From Octopus sinensis (lineage: Eukaryota): a DNA stretch of 59,352 nucleotides. The notes beneath the pieces are model-generated. The model saw only the letters and a list, made by a program, of their open reading frames with translations, was not told the origin of the DNA and made no database searches. Both the position numbers and the translations under genes were made by a program. The stretch spans positions 1 through 59,352 of the forward strand of contig NW_021832994.1 of the NCBI RefSeq assembly GCF_006345805.1, in the 5' to 3' direction. Shown in pieces: positions 38,711 to 49,628 of the stretch; position 1 is the stretch's first letter, and every line of letters begins with the position of its first letter.

Positions 38711-39895
38711 GTAAGTAACCTACTTTGCTCCACATTGAAATGTCACTCTGTGTATAAATCTTCCTTTGGTTGGTCGTGTGTGGAAGCGAGATGCTCAGTT
38801 GGGTACAATACTGGTCTTAATTTTGTAAGTTTCTGGACAGAACATTTTACCTCATCAACAAATAAGTCCAAGGTAATAAAACTTGATAATAAATTAAATT
38901 CCAATGCATTATAATATTGTATAAATCCAAGTGGAATTGACTTACATAATTGACTAAAACTATCTGCCAGACATCTCAAAAACAGGCACCTAGATTTTTG
39001 AAAGATTTATTTTTCCATACCACTTTGGGTGTTTGTCAGTTGAAGAAGAGGTTTCCTTCAAGCTGCTCTGCCATAATAGCCAAGTTGATAGAGATAACCT
39101 CATAGAAGTACTCCAACTCTTTTAGAATTGCTCTACAACATTAGTTGCTTTATAACCTGAGAGTCTAAACACATTCATCAGATGTCCCCGGTCAGTTTGA
39201 GCAGGAGGCTTTTGATTCCTTTTCTTTGCTGCTGAATTGCACAATCACTCTGTTGACTGTGGAATGCCAAGGTTTTGTGCATAACTCTTTTGCTTCTGGT
39301 GTTTGCAGCATAACTGGTTGCAATGAACAATTAATACACTGTGATTTGAAATGAAAAATAATAACACATTAACAAGTTTGAAACATCAGGTTTTGCACAA
39401 TAAAATGATATAATGAGGCGAGTCTAGTTATTTTCAAAATATCTGTATATAGACGAATACAGGTATGTCAAACAACATAATTCTTGATTTATCAAAACTA
39501 AAAGGATGTGTCAATTACCAAATGACAATTATGACTGACTCCACTTAAGAAGGGGAGATAATCTCAACAATCAAGAATTCTGAAATGCCTGCTACTGACC
39601 ACTTTGAGTTATTTCTCTTAGTTCATTTTTGCTTAAATTATGTAAATTACTTTGGCCATAACTGTTTTTTCCGCAGTTTTGTATAAGTCTAAACCCTTTG
39701 AAATAAGGTCAAACAGTTGTTGTGCAGGTGTAGGTTACTCAGCTAGAAACCTGTGTCTATGGCTATCCTCTTATCTCAAGGCAATAAGTCTGTCCTATTC
39801 CTTAATGTCAGTTTTGGAGAATACTTGATTCTTGAGTTTATCTCTCCTTCTCAAGTGGAACTTACCATTTGGAAATTATGGCACATCCTCTAGAG

Positions 39896-40081
39896 CAGTG
39901 CTCAGCAACTGTTTTTTCTCTTGCAATACACTTATATTCTTTTCAAAATTTGGCGGCATACTTAGACTAAATATATAACTCAAAGTGTGAGGAAAAAATT
40001 ATATTGAGGTTACACTGTGGCACACTGAGCATCGTCTCATGGCACACCAGTGTGCCATGGCATACTGGTTGTGGAGAACTG
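39896..40081. mobile_element. hAT (Charlie-like) MITE, 186 bp
   Basis: Perfect 8-bp TSD CTCTAGAG at 39888-39895 and 40082-40089; TIRs CAGTGCTCAGCAAC and CAGTTCTCCACAAC (11/14). Confidence 0.85.
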
Positions 40082-40367
40082 CTCTAGAGACAAAGATGAT
40101 TTTAGTAAATCAAGAATTTATGTTGTATGGTATTTGATATACCTGTATGTTTTCTATGTTCAAATGCATGACACTGGGTGTTTACAGTTACTTCTCTTTG
40201 CTCATTTTTGATTATATATATTTGGAGCCTGGTGCAGCCTCCTGGTTTGCCAGCCCTCGGTCAAACCATGCAACCTATGCCAGCATGGAAAACAGGCGCT
40301 AAATGATGATGATGATGACAATATATATATATGTGTGTGTATATATATATATATGTATATATATACA

Positions 40368-40592
40368 CGTAAAAGCACCATCCGTTCGTGGCCGTTTGCC
40401 AGCCCCGTCTGGCACCTGTGCGGGTAGCACGTAAAAAGCACCCACTACACTCACGGAGTGGTTGGCGTTAGGAAGGGCATCCAGCTGTAGAAACACTGCC
40501 AGATCAGACTGGGCCTGGTGCAGCCTTCTGGCTTCACAGACCCCAGTTGAACCGTCCAACCCATGCTAGCATGGAAAACGGATGCTAAATTG

Positions 40593-40629
<37 letters not shown>

Positions 40630-40630
40630 A
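40368..40630 (+). mobile_element. Well-preserved RTE 3'-end fragment in SLC6 intron 2
   Basis: Close match to the RTE 3' UTR, ending in (GAT)n. Confidence 0.82.
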
Positions 40631-40646
40631 TATATATATTTATATT

Positions 40647-40692
<46 letters not shown>

Positions 40693-41112
40693 TATATATA
40701 GGTGCAGGTGTGGCTATGCAGTAAGAAGTTTGCTTCTCAAACACATAGTTCTGGGTTCTGTCTCACTGCGTGGCATCTTCAGCAAGTGTCTTCTACTATA
40801 ATCCTGGGCCAACAGAAGTCTTCTGATTAGACTTGGCCTTCATAGACAGAAATTGAAAGAAGTTCATTATGTGTGTGTGTGTGTGTGTGTGAAAGAGAGA
40901 CTCCTTGCTTTGACATCATGTGATAGCTGTAAATGCAGTGTAGTGTCATTCATTTCTAATATTCTGTGAATTACATGTCTTCCTATGAGGGTGATATGTT
41001 TGGAAACAGGTACAGGTTGGTGACAGGAAGGACATCCAGTTGTAGAAAATCTGCTTCTAAGTCCAACCCATGAAGCTTGGAAAAGTAGATGTAAATGATG
41101 ATGAGGAGGAGG

Positions 41113-41147
<35 letters not shown>

Positions 41148-41328
41148 AATGTTTCAAAAGTAAAAAACCTCCCTCCTTGTAATGCCATTTCATCTTTGCA
41201 GACACCATTCCATACCCAAACTGGTTAAATTCTAAGGAACAGCACAAAGCACCTCATTTGCTAAACCCTAGATTAAGGATTTAAAGGCATCAAGTGACAG
41301 TATTTGGTTTCGAGAAATGAATTTTTCG

Positions 41329-41407
41329 AAAATGTTGGTTTCTATTTACCTTTGTGATGTGTGTGTGTATGTATGTGTTTTCTTTTATATTTTTTTTCTT
41401 TTAAATG

Positions 41408-41458
<51 letters not shown>

Positions 41459-41703
41459 TATATATATACACACACATACATACATACATTTATATATATA
41501 TATATATTATATATATATAAATGTATGTATGTATGTATGTGTATATATATATATATACATATATAAATGTATGTATGTATGTGTGTATATATATATATGT
41601 GTATATATATATATATATACACACATTTAAAAGAAAAAAAATAATAAAAGAAAACACATACATACACACACACATCACAAAGGTAAATAGAAACCAACAT
41701 TTT
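41329..41703. repeat. About 375-bp fold-back palindrome centred on (TA)n
   Basis: About 85-bp unique arms (41329-41412 and 41620-41703) are reverse complements differing by about one indel. Confidence 0.88.
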
Positions 41704-42047
41704 TAATTTCTGAATTACTACTACTTGACAGTTTGAGTCCTGGCTGCTCTTTCTAGTGGGTCGAATGGCCTATTAAGGCCATTCCTCAATTGTTGTTGAA
41801 TTTATATATATAGTCTTTGACTATTTTCTTTTTCTCACTAGACCGCTGGTGGTGATAAATTTCTATTGAATTTTTTGCTACCCTATATTGATTAATTGAT
41901 GATTTTCTGACTAATTCTGAAATTGAATCAGCAGTTTATATTTACTGCTGATAAGTTGGCATGAGTACGATGGTTTTGAAAATTTTAGGGCAGATATTCC
42001 TAGGGCATAGACACAGATGCCTCGTGTATATCTGCCCCTTCCTGGCT

Positions 42048-42146
42048 TCTTTACCGATGAGGTGTAGCCTTTGGTGGATTGACTTAATTTAATTTAATTA
42101 AGCTGGTTTGCCATTAAAAACACCGAAACAATGCGTTGTCTAAAGA
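42048..42146 (+). ncRNA. Type-I hammerhead ribozyme candidate, sense to SLC6 intron 2
   Basis: TCTTTA-CCGATGA-GGTGT-(54 nt)-ACACC-GAA-ACAATGCGTTGT-C-TAAAGA: stem I 6 bp, stem II 5 bp basal, near-palindromic stem III, GUC triplet; the only core deviation is U4C. Confidence 0.7.
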
Positions 42147-42379
42147 TGAATTAGGGTAAATGTTTTTAAATTTTCCGTTAATTTCTGAATTACTACTACT
42201 TGGCGGTTTGAATCCTGGCTGCTCTTTCTAGTGGGTCAATTGTTGTTGAATATATATATATACACATACATACATACATACATTTATATATATACACACA
42301 CACACACGCACACAATTTTTCGGTGTGCGGTGGTTAAACATGAAATTGTCAATACAACTGTTGTTGTTGTTGTTTTCAG

Positions 42380-42668
42380 GTATTGGTGTTGGAATGGTTA
42401 TAGTCTCTGGAATTGTGTGCGTCTATTACAATGTTATAATCGCCTGGACATTGTATTACCTTTTCATGTCATTCCGAAGTACTCTTCCTTGGAGTACATG
42501 TGGAAACAGTTGGAATACCAAATACTGCGTCGAAGACGATCACAACAATGCATCCGCACTCAATGGTACCTGGAACGAGAACAGTACCTACTCTATATTC
42601 CAGAATGTCAGTGTAGCCCAAGTTTTTAACCATTCCATGAGAGTATCAGCTAGTGAAGAATATTGGGA
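42380..42668 (+). CDS. SLC6 transporter coding exon 3 (TM3, EL2)
   Basis: TTTCAG acceptor; GIGVGMVIVSGIVCVYYNVIIAWTLYYLFMSFRSTLPWSTCGNSWNTKYC...SASEEYW(E), including the EL2 Cys pair; donor GTAAGT at 42669, phase 2. Confidence 0.95.
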
Positions 42669-42830
42669 GTAAGTACTTGACTGCTTTATATTTGGTGCAT
42701 TTCTGCCATTGCAGGTTTTTCCCCTTTTATGTTTGCTTCCCAACCACATTGTTCTGGGTTCAGTCCCATTGCATGGCACATTGCCTACCAAGTGGATTTG
42801 AGAAACAGAAACTAAAAGAAGCCCATTGTA

Positions 42831-42876
<46 letters not shown>

Positions 42877-43046
42877 GAGAGAGAGAGAGAGAGAGAGATG
42901 TAGGCATGGCTGTGCAGTGAGAAATTTGCTTCCCAATCACATGATTCTGTATTCAATGCATGGCACCTTGGATAAATGTCCTCTACTATAGCCCTGTTCA
43001 CCAAAGTCTTGTAGGTCAATTTGTTTGCTCATCATATTTGTATGTA

Positions 43047-44291
43047 TTAGGTTGTCAAGAAAGTTCTTGCGGTTTTTAACCTTTAAATTCAGACGCACAT
43101 ATCTTGGCTCGAACAAAACTTTATTAATCGAAATATACACCATCAGAATCGACACACTTTTGCCAACATAAAAATCCTGTGTTCTGGTGGCGATGAAGTC
43201 GTTGAAGGAGTGTTTGGCATCGTCTTGGTTTTTGAAGCATTTCTCATGCGGGGGAAGTTGTCAAGATGCTTGAAAAGGGTGTAGTTGGTAGGCGAGAGGT
43301 CTGGTGAGTATGGCAGATGAGGCAGAGTTTCGTAGCCCAATTCATTCAACTTCTGCAGGGTCAGTTGTGTGATGTGCGGCCGAGCATTGTCATGGAGAAA
43401 AATTGGTCCTTTTCTGTTGACCAATGCTGGCTGTTGTTGTCAAAGTTTCTTATGCATTTCATCCACTTCCTGACAGTACTTCTCTGCCGTAATGGTTTCA
43501 CCTGGATCCAAATAGCTGAAGTGGACGAGACCGGCCTCAGACCACCAAACAGTCACCATGACCTTATTTTGGTGCAACTTTGCCTTTGGGAAGTGCCATG
43601 GAGCTTTGTCAGCATCCAACCACTGAGCTGAGCATTGCCGGTTGTCGTAAAGAATCCACTTTTCATCGCAAGTCACAATCCGGTCCAGAAACAGGTTGTT
43701 CTTGTTGCGAAAAAGAAGACAACACTTCAAAACGGTGTTGTTTTTGGTTGTCATTCAATTCGTGCGGAACCCATTTCTCAAGTATTTTTGTTTTCCAGTC
43801 TCTTTCGAGTGGTTGGAAATTGTTGTATACATTATGTCTAATTCAGAAGCAAGCTCTCGAACAGTTGTGTGTGGATTGGCTTCCACTAAGCCCCTTAGTT
43901 GATCGTTGTCAACATCTGATGGCTGACCACTATCTTCAAGACTCTCATCACTGCTGCAAAATTTCTTGAACCACCATTGTGCTGTACGTTCATTAGTGGT
44001 TCCTGGGCCAAATGCATCGTTGATATCGTGAGCTTTTACAGCATCTTTTCGGCCTAGCTTGAACTGGAATAAGAAAATTGTACGAATTTGCTTTTTGTCC
44101 GTGTTGTATTCAACGTTCCGCAAAAAATGGCCTAATTATTCGAAAAGGAAAAGAGTAACACGATTAGATAGAGTGAAAAACGGACTTTAGAATGATATAT
44201 AATGTCAAAATAATTTAACAAAAATTAATTTGAAAATACAACATTTAAAACTAAGATTAAAAATTCCACAAGAACTTTCTTGACAGCCTAA
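43047..44291 (-). mobile_element. Full-length decayed mariner (Tc1/mariner, Hsmar1/cecropia-like), antisense in SLC6 intron 3
   Basis: TIRs TTAGGTTGTCAAGAAAGTTCTTGCGG and TTAGGCTGTCAAGAAAGTTCTTGTGG; TA TSDs at 43045-46 and 44292-93; 1245 bp. Frameshifted transposase pieces carry WVPHEL, TCDEKW, HDNARPH and YSPDLSPTNY. Confidence 0.95.
43143..44123 (-). pseudogene. Mariner transposase pseudogene (frameshifts and stops)
   Basis: ORF-track pieces 43755-44123, 43440-43754 and 43143-43424 join into one transposase with D,D34(N) spacing. Confidence 0.9.
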
Positions 44292-44723
44292 TATATGTGT
44301 GTGTGTGTGCCTGCCTTTGAGTTTGTTCCTATCCACCACTTGACAACTGATGCTGGTCTGCTTTTGTCCTGTAACTGCCAAGTTGCAGGTTGTAAGCAAA
44401 AAAATAAATAAGTATTGATTTTAATTGCATCTAGGGAGTTCCAGAGTTTTGATGAGAGTGGGACAACTGCTTGGCCACTCTCCTATGTTTTGGTTAGCCA
44501 ACAAGCTGAAGCTTTTCCCAGGGATTGCACATGGAGATAAAGGCATGGTACTAATTATATAAGTTAGCCAAGTCTGGTTAGCTTCTCTAGATAGAGAATA
44601 GCTGTTAGCCTAGGAAAGGTGTTATGATTTCATTTAACTTTCAGGAAAATTTCTTGATCCTTTTGTTTCATTTCATCTTAAAATTAATGAAGAATTTAGA
44701 AAAACAAACTTTATCATAATTAA

Positions 44724-45113
44724 CCCTTTTGTTACCAACCTGGCTGAAACTGGCTCTGGCTCTGAGTACAAATGTCTTGTTTCCATAAGTTTTGAATTAA
44801 AATCTTCCACCAAACCTTAGTCACAATTTATGTTCCTAACACTAGCTTTAATTATAACTAAATTATTTTACTAAATTCTTTGTTATATTTAACCCTTTTC
44901 ATACCAACCCGACTGAAACCGGTTCTGGCTCTGAGTACAAATGTCTTGTTTCCATAAGTTTGGAATTAAAATCTTCCACCAAACCTTAGTCACAATTTAT
45001 GTTCCTAACACAAGCTTAACGATAACTAAGATATTTTACTAAATTCTTTGTTATATTTAAAATTAATTGAAAGAAACACAGAGCATCTCAAAATAATTAC
45101 AGTAACAAAAGGG
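44724..45113. mobile_element. piggyBac-type MITE with internal tandem duplication
   Basis: TTAA on both flanks (44720-23, 45114-17); perfect 12-bp TIR CCCTTTTGTTAC; about 165 bp duplicated, with a second TTAA-CCC left end at 44889-44895. Confidence 0.8.
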
Positions 45114-45241
45114 TTAATCCAATGTTTGGAATGTAAATTAAAATGAAATTTTGATTGGAAGGTTTTAATTTAGATGACTTTAAAATGATTAAACACTAAG
45201 TATTCCTTTATTCATTTATTTATTTTCGTTTTCCTTTATAG

Positions 45242-45374
45242 GAATCAAGTGTTGAAAATAACGAGTGGAATTGAAATTCCGGGAGTGATTCGCTGGGAGC
45301 TCTTGCTGTTCTTGATCTTTGCATGGTTGATAGTATTTCTCTGTTTGTTTAAAGGAATTGAAGTTCTTGGAAAG
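45242..45374 (+). CDS. SLC6 transporter coding exon 4 (TM4)
   Basis: TTTATAG acceptor; (E)NQVLKITSGIEIPGVIRWELLLFLIFAWLIVFLCLFKGIEVLGK; donor GTAATT at 45375, phase 0. Confidence 0.93.
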
Positions 45375-45931
45375 GTAATTACATTTATTACGCTTGTTGC
45401 ATCCTGTTGTGTCTGTGTGTTTCAGGTCTTTTGCCATGCAATCTGTAAATCACTGATGTTACCTTTTGGATAAAAATAATGGCTTTATACAAGAAGAATA
45501 GGTTTGCTTGGAGTGAAATTACATCCCTAGAATCAGACAATAGTGAAATGAGTGTGTTTTTATTCTGAGGAATGAATGGAATGGTGGCTACTACCTTCCT
45601 GTGCCAGCACCTGCAATTCTAGAATCTAATTCAACCTCTTGCCCTCCATCACTTAAGATTACAACCGTGAGAGCCTTAAAACTCTCTGCTTGTCTCAAAG
45701 ACATTCCACTATCATGCAGAATGCACTGAGGAGACTTTCCCTGAGAAGACCAATGTCTCAGTCTTTGGAGACATTGCTTGTATTTGCATTATCCACCATT
45801 CACAACCATGGGCACAAAAATTGAATTGTTGTAACTAAATCATATTATTGCTTTTTTTATTGCTTTTTTTCCTTCTTTACTGTTGGTTTTTTTATTTTTA
45901 ATGTTATCAACAAATTTTCTCTTTTTTGCAG

Positions 45932-46066
45932 TTGATGCATTTTGCTGCTCCTTTCCCTTATTTTGTTCTCTTCATTCTTCTCATTCGTGGGGTTACGTTA
46001 CCTGGGTCTTTAGAAGGCATAAAATTTTATATAATACCCAGATTTGAGGAACTTAAGAAATTCCAA
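45932..46066 (+). CDS. SLC6 transporter coding exon 5 (TM5)
   Basis: TTTTTGCAG acceptor; LMHFAAPFPYFVLFILLIRGVTLPGSLEGIKFYIIPRFEELKKFQ; donor GTAAGT at 46067. Confidence 0.95.
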
Positions 46067-47421
46067 GTAAGTACTATTTTTTGTTGTTTTATTGTTTTTG
46101 TTATTGTTATTGTCGAGGCACAGGCATGGCTGTGTGGTAAGACCTTTGCTTCTCAACCACATGGTTCTAAGTTCAGTCTCACTGTGTGGTACCTTGGGCA
46201 AGTGTCTTCTGTTATAGCCACGGGCTAACCAAAGCCTTGTAAATGGGTTTGTTAGATGAAAACAGCAAGAAGTCTATCGTATATGTGTGTGTGTGCGTGT
46301 TTGCTTGTGTGTGCGCGTATGTGTTTGTGCACGTACATGCGTGTTTATTTGCGCACCTGTGTCTCCTTGCATTGACATCACAAGATGGTTGTTAAATGAG
46401 TATCACCATCTTATAAACAGTATCATTCATTTCCAGTATTCTGAGGGAATATTTCAAGCCATGGGGAAATGTAACCTTTCTTGCAAACAGGTGAGGGTTG
46501 GTGACAGCAAGGGCACCCGGCCTGAATAAACTCTGTTTGAGCCTTGCAAGCATGGAAAAACACATGTTAAAATGATGATGATGATTGTAGAGGCACTAGT
46601 AGAAATAGTTGAATGTTAGACAAGATACATTGTAGTATTTGGTTGTATCCCTTCTTGTTGTAATATCAAATCCTACAGGTTAGAACAAAAGTTTGTGCTG
46701 TATTTTAAGTCAAATTCAAAATCAATATTTAGACATTAGACATAAGCACTTTGCCCAGTGTATTAACGAATCTGTCTGCTCACTGCCTTAGAGAGTATTA
46801 TAAAGGTTTTGACAACATCAGTGGTAGAGGATTTCGATTGGCTAAAGTTGTATAATAACTTGAATGCAAAAAAATTACATGAAAGCTAAATTTTTTGAAA
46901 ATAATCTGAAGATGTTAAATGTTTCAAGTGGTTGGAAGAGATATGACAAGATCCCTTTGCATGGGAAAGAGGATATAAAATGACACTGATACATTTGCTT
47001 TGCTGCTGAATTGCACAATCACTGGTTTTTTGGCAGCATGGTTAGTTGCTTGAAACAGTTAAAATAATGTAATCTGAAATGGAAAATGATAATACGTTAA
47101 CAAGAAACAACCAGGTAGTGTTTGCACAATAAAATGGTATAATACATAATAATAGATGTATGCATATATGTATACACACACACATATATATATATATTCA
47201 AATTAAAAAATCCAGAAAATGGAGAAGTAGCATTAATATAATTTATTAACTGTAAAAATTCAGCATGTTCACTTACAGCTGTTTCGATTTTGCCCAGAAG
47301 AATTAAATTCTAGTAATTAAAACATATTTAGAGGGTAAAATCTATATCATATATATGATAATTATATTTCCCTTCTCTCTTTTTTTCTTTCTGTTATTTT
47401 TTTGTTTATTTTTTTTCAAAG

Positions 47422-47525
47422 GTGTGGGGAGATGCAGCCCTGCAGATATTCTACTCCATAGGTATGGCATGGGGTGGTATTATAACTATGGCAAGTTATA
47501 ATGAATTTAATCACGATGTTTATAA
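47422..47525 (+). CDS. SLC6 transporter coding exon 6 (TM6)
   Basis: TTTCAAAG acceptor; [34 protein letters not shown](K); donor GTAAGT at 47526, phase 2. Too short to appear in the ORF track. Confidence 0.95.
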
Positions 47526-47896
47526 GTAAGTTGAAATGATTATTATTTACATTATATAATATATATTAAATAATATTTTATAATATAATCTTTGCCAGCC
47601 TGGAAAACGGATGTTAACAGATGATGACCATACACACACACACGCATATACATCTTACTTTACCAGAAGCTATAAATTACAAGACTCGCAAGAAATGTAG
47701 AGTTTTCTTTAATATAAGAGAAAGGCTCTGATTTCCAGTATTCTGTCTTGCTTGTTTCTCATCATCATCATCATCAGCTGCTAAACTGAGCCTGGTTTTC
47801 CTTTGAATATCAAAAGGAAAATCTTGCTTGGTTTACAGCTGATGATCAGAAATGAGCTACTCTAAATACTGGAAACTGGAACCTTTCAGGTATATA

Positions 47897-47950
<54 letters not shown>

Positions 47951-47954
<4 letters not shown>

Positions 47955-48134
47955 CAGTGTTCCCTGAAGTCTTGTTATGTTTGAGCATCTAAATGCATTT
48001 GAAACATCTATCGCAGGGCTCCAAGCAACCATAATGGTGAAACGTGTGTAGGAACTTTAAAATAACAACCGTCCAACCCTTGCCAGTATGGACAATGGAC
48101 ATTAAATAATGATGATAATGATGATGATAACATT
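47951..48134 (+). repeat. 184-bp segment, exact inverted copy of 49633-49816
   Basis: No mismatch found by eye between this segment and the reverse complement of 49633-49816. Confidence 0.92.
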
Positions 48135-49574
48135 CATCATCATCATCATCATTTAACGTCCGCTCTCCATGCTAGCATGGGTTGGACGGTTCAACTGGGG
48201 TCTGGGGAGCCCGAAAGCTGCACCAGTCCAGTCAGATCTGGCAGTGTTTCTACAGCTGGATGCCCTTCCTAACGCCAACCACTCCGAGAGTGTAGTGGGT
48301 GATTTTATGTGCCACCGACACAGGTGCCAGACGAGGCTGACAAACGGCCACGCTCGGATGGTGTTTTTATGTGCCACCGACACAGGTGCCAGACGAGGCT
48401 GGCAGACGGCCACGCTCGGATGGTGTTTTTATGTGCCACCGACACAGGTGCCAGACGAGGCTGGCAGACGGCCACGCTCGGATGGTGTTTTTATGTGCCT
48501 GCCACCGACACAGGTGCCAGACGAGGCTGGCAGACGGCCACGCTCGGATGGTGTTTTTATGTGCCACCGACACAGGTGCCAGATGAGGCTGGCAAACGGC
48601 CACGATCGGATGGTGCTTGTTACGTGCCCACAGCACGGAGGCCAGTCGATGCGGTACTGGCTACGGCCACGTTCGGATGGTTTTCTATGTGCCACGTGCC
48701 ACCGCACTGGTACCACAAAGATACAAATTCCATTGATGTTCATCTATTTTGATTGATTTTCACTTGCCTCAGCAGGTCTTCACAAGTGTCACAAGAAGGA
48801 AGGTATGCACAGGTGGATCGACTACGTCCCAGGTAGGGGTCACGGGATATGGCCTGACTAGTCCTGCCGGTCCTCTCATGCACAGCACACTTCCATAGGA
48901 CTCGGTCTTCAGTCATTTCCTTGGTGAGACCTAAAGTTCGAAGGTCGTGTTTCACCACCTCGTCCCAGGTTTTCCTGGGTCTACCTCTTCCACAGGTTCC
49001 CTCAACTGCTAGGTTGTAGCACTTTTGCACACAACTATCTTCAGCACCATTCTCGTCACATGACCATCCAGCGCAGCCGTCTCTCTTGCCACACCACAAA
49101 TGACACTTCTTAGGTTCAACTTTTCTCTCAAAGTACTTACACACTCTGACGATTATGAACACTGACATTACACATCCATCGGAGCATACTGCTTCATTTC
49201 TTGGCAAGCTTACGCATATCCTCAGCTGTCACGCCGCCCATGTTTCACTACCATGTAGCATGGCTGTACGTACACACACATCATATAGTCTGCCTTTTAC
49301 TCTTAGCGAGAGACCTTTTGTCACCAGCAGGGGTAAGAGCTCTCTAAACTTTGCCCAGGCTATTCTTACTCTAGCAGTTACACTTCAGCACACCCACCCC
49401 CCCCCCGCTACTGACTGGTCTCCTAGGTAGCGGAAGCTATCAACTACTTCTAGTTTGTCTCCCTGGAACGTGGTAGAAGTTGGACTCTGCACATTTCCAG
49501 TGTTATTTCTCCTGAGCATCTGCCACAGACAAAAACTATTTTCTTAGTTAGCCTTCCTTTGACATTGCTTTGAC

Positions 49575-49577
<3 letters not shown>
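48135..49577 (-). mobile_element. RTE-clade LINE, 5'-truncated, in SLC6 intron 6
   Basis: Same family as 11651-12540, extending further 5' (LEVVDSFRYLGD, RIAWAKFRELLPLL, MLHGSETW read across frameshifts). Confidence 0.9.

Positions 49578-49628
<51 letters not shown>

Noticed and set aside
47270-47300. GAAACAGCTGTA half-motif on the minus strand
   Set aside because: No CUGANGA-like element upstream; only a fragment of a related repeat.
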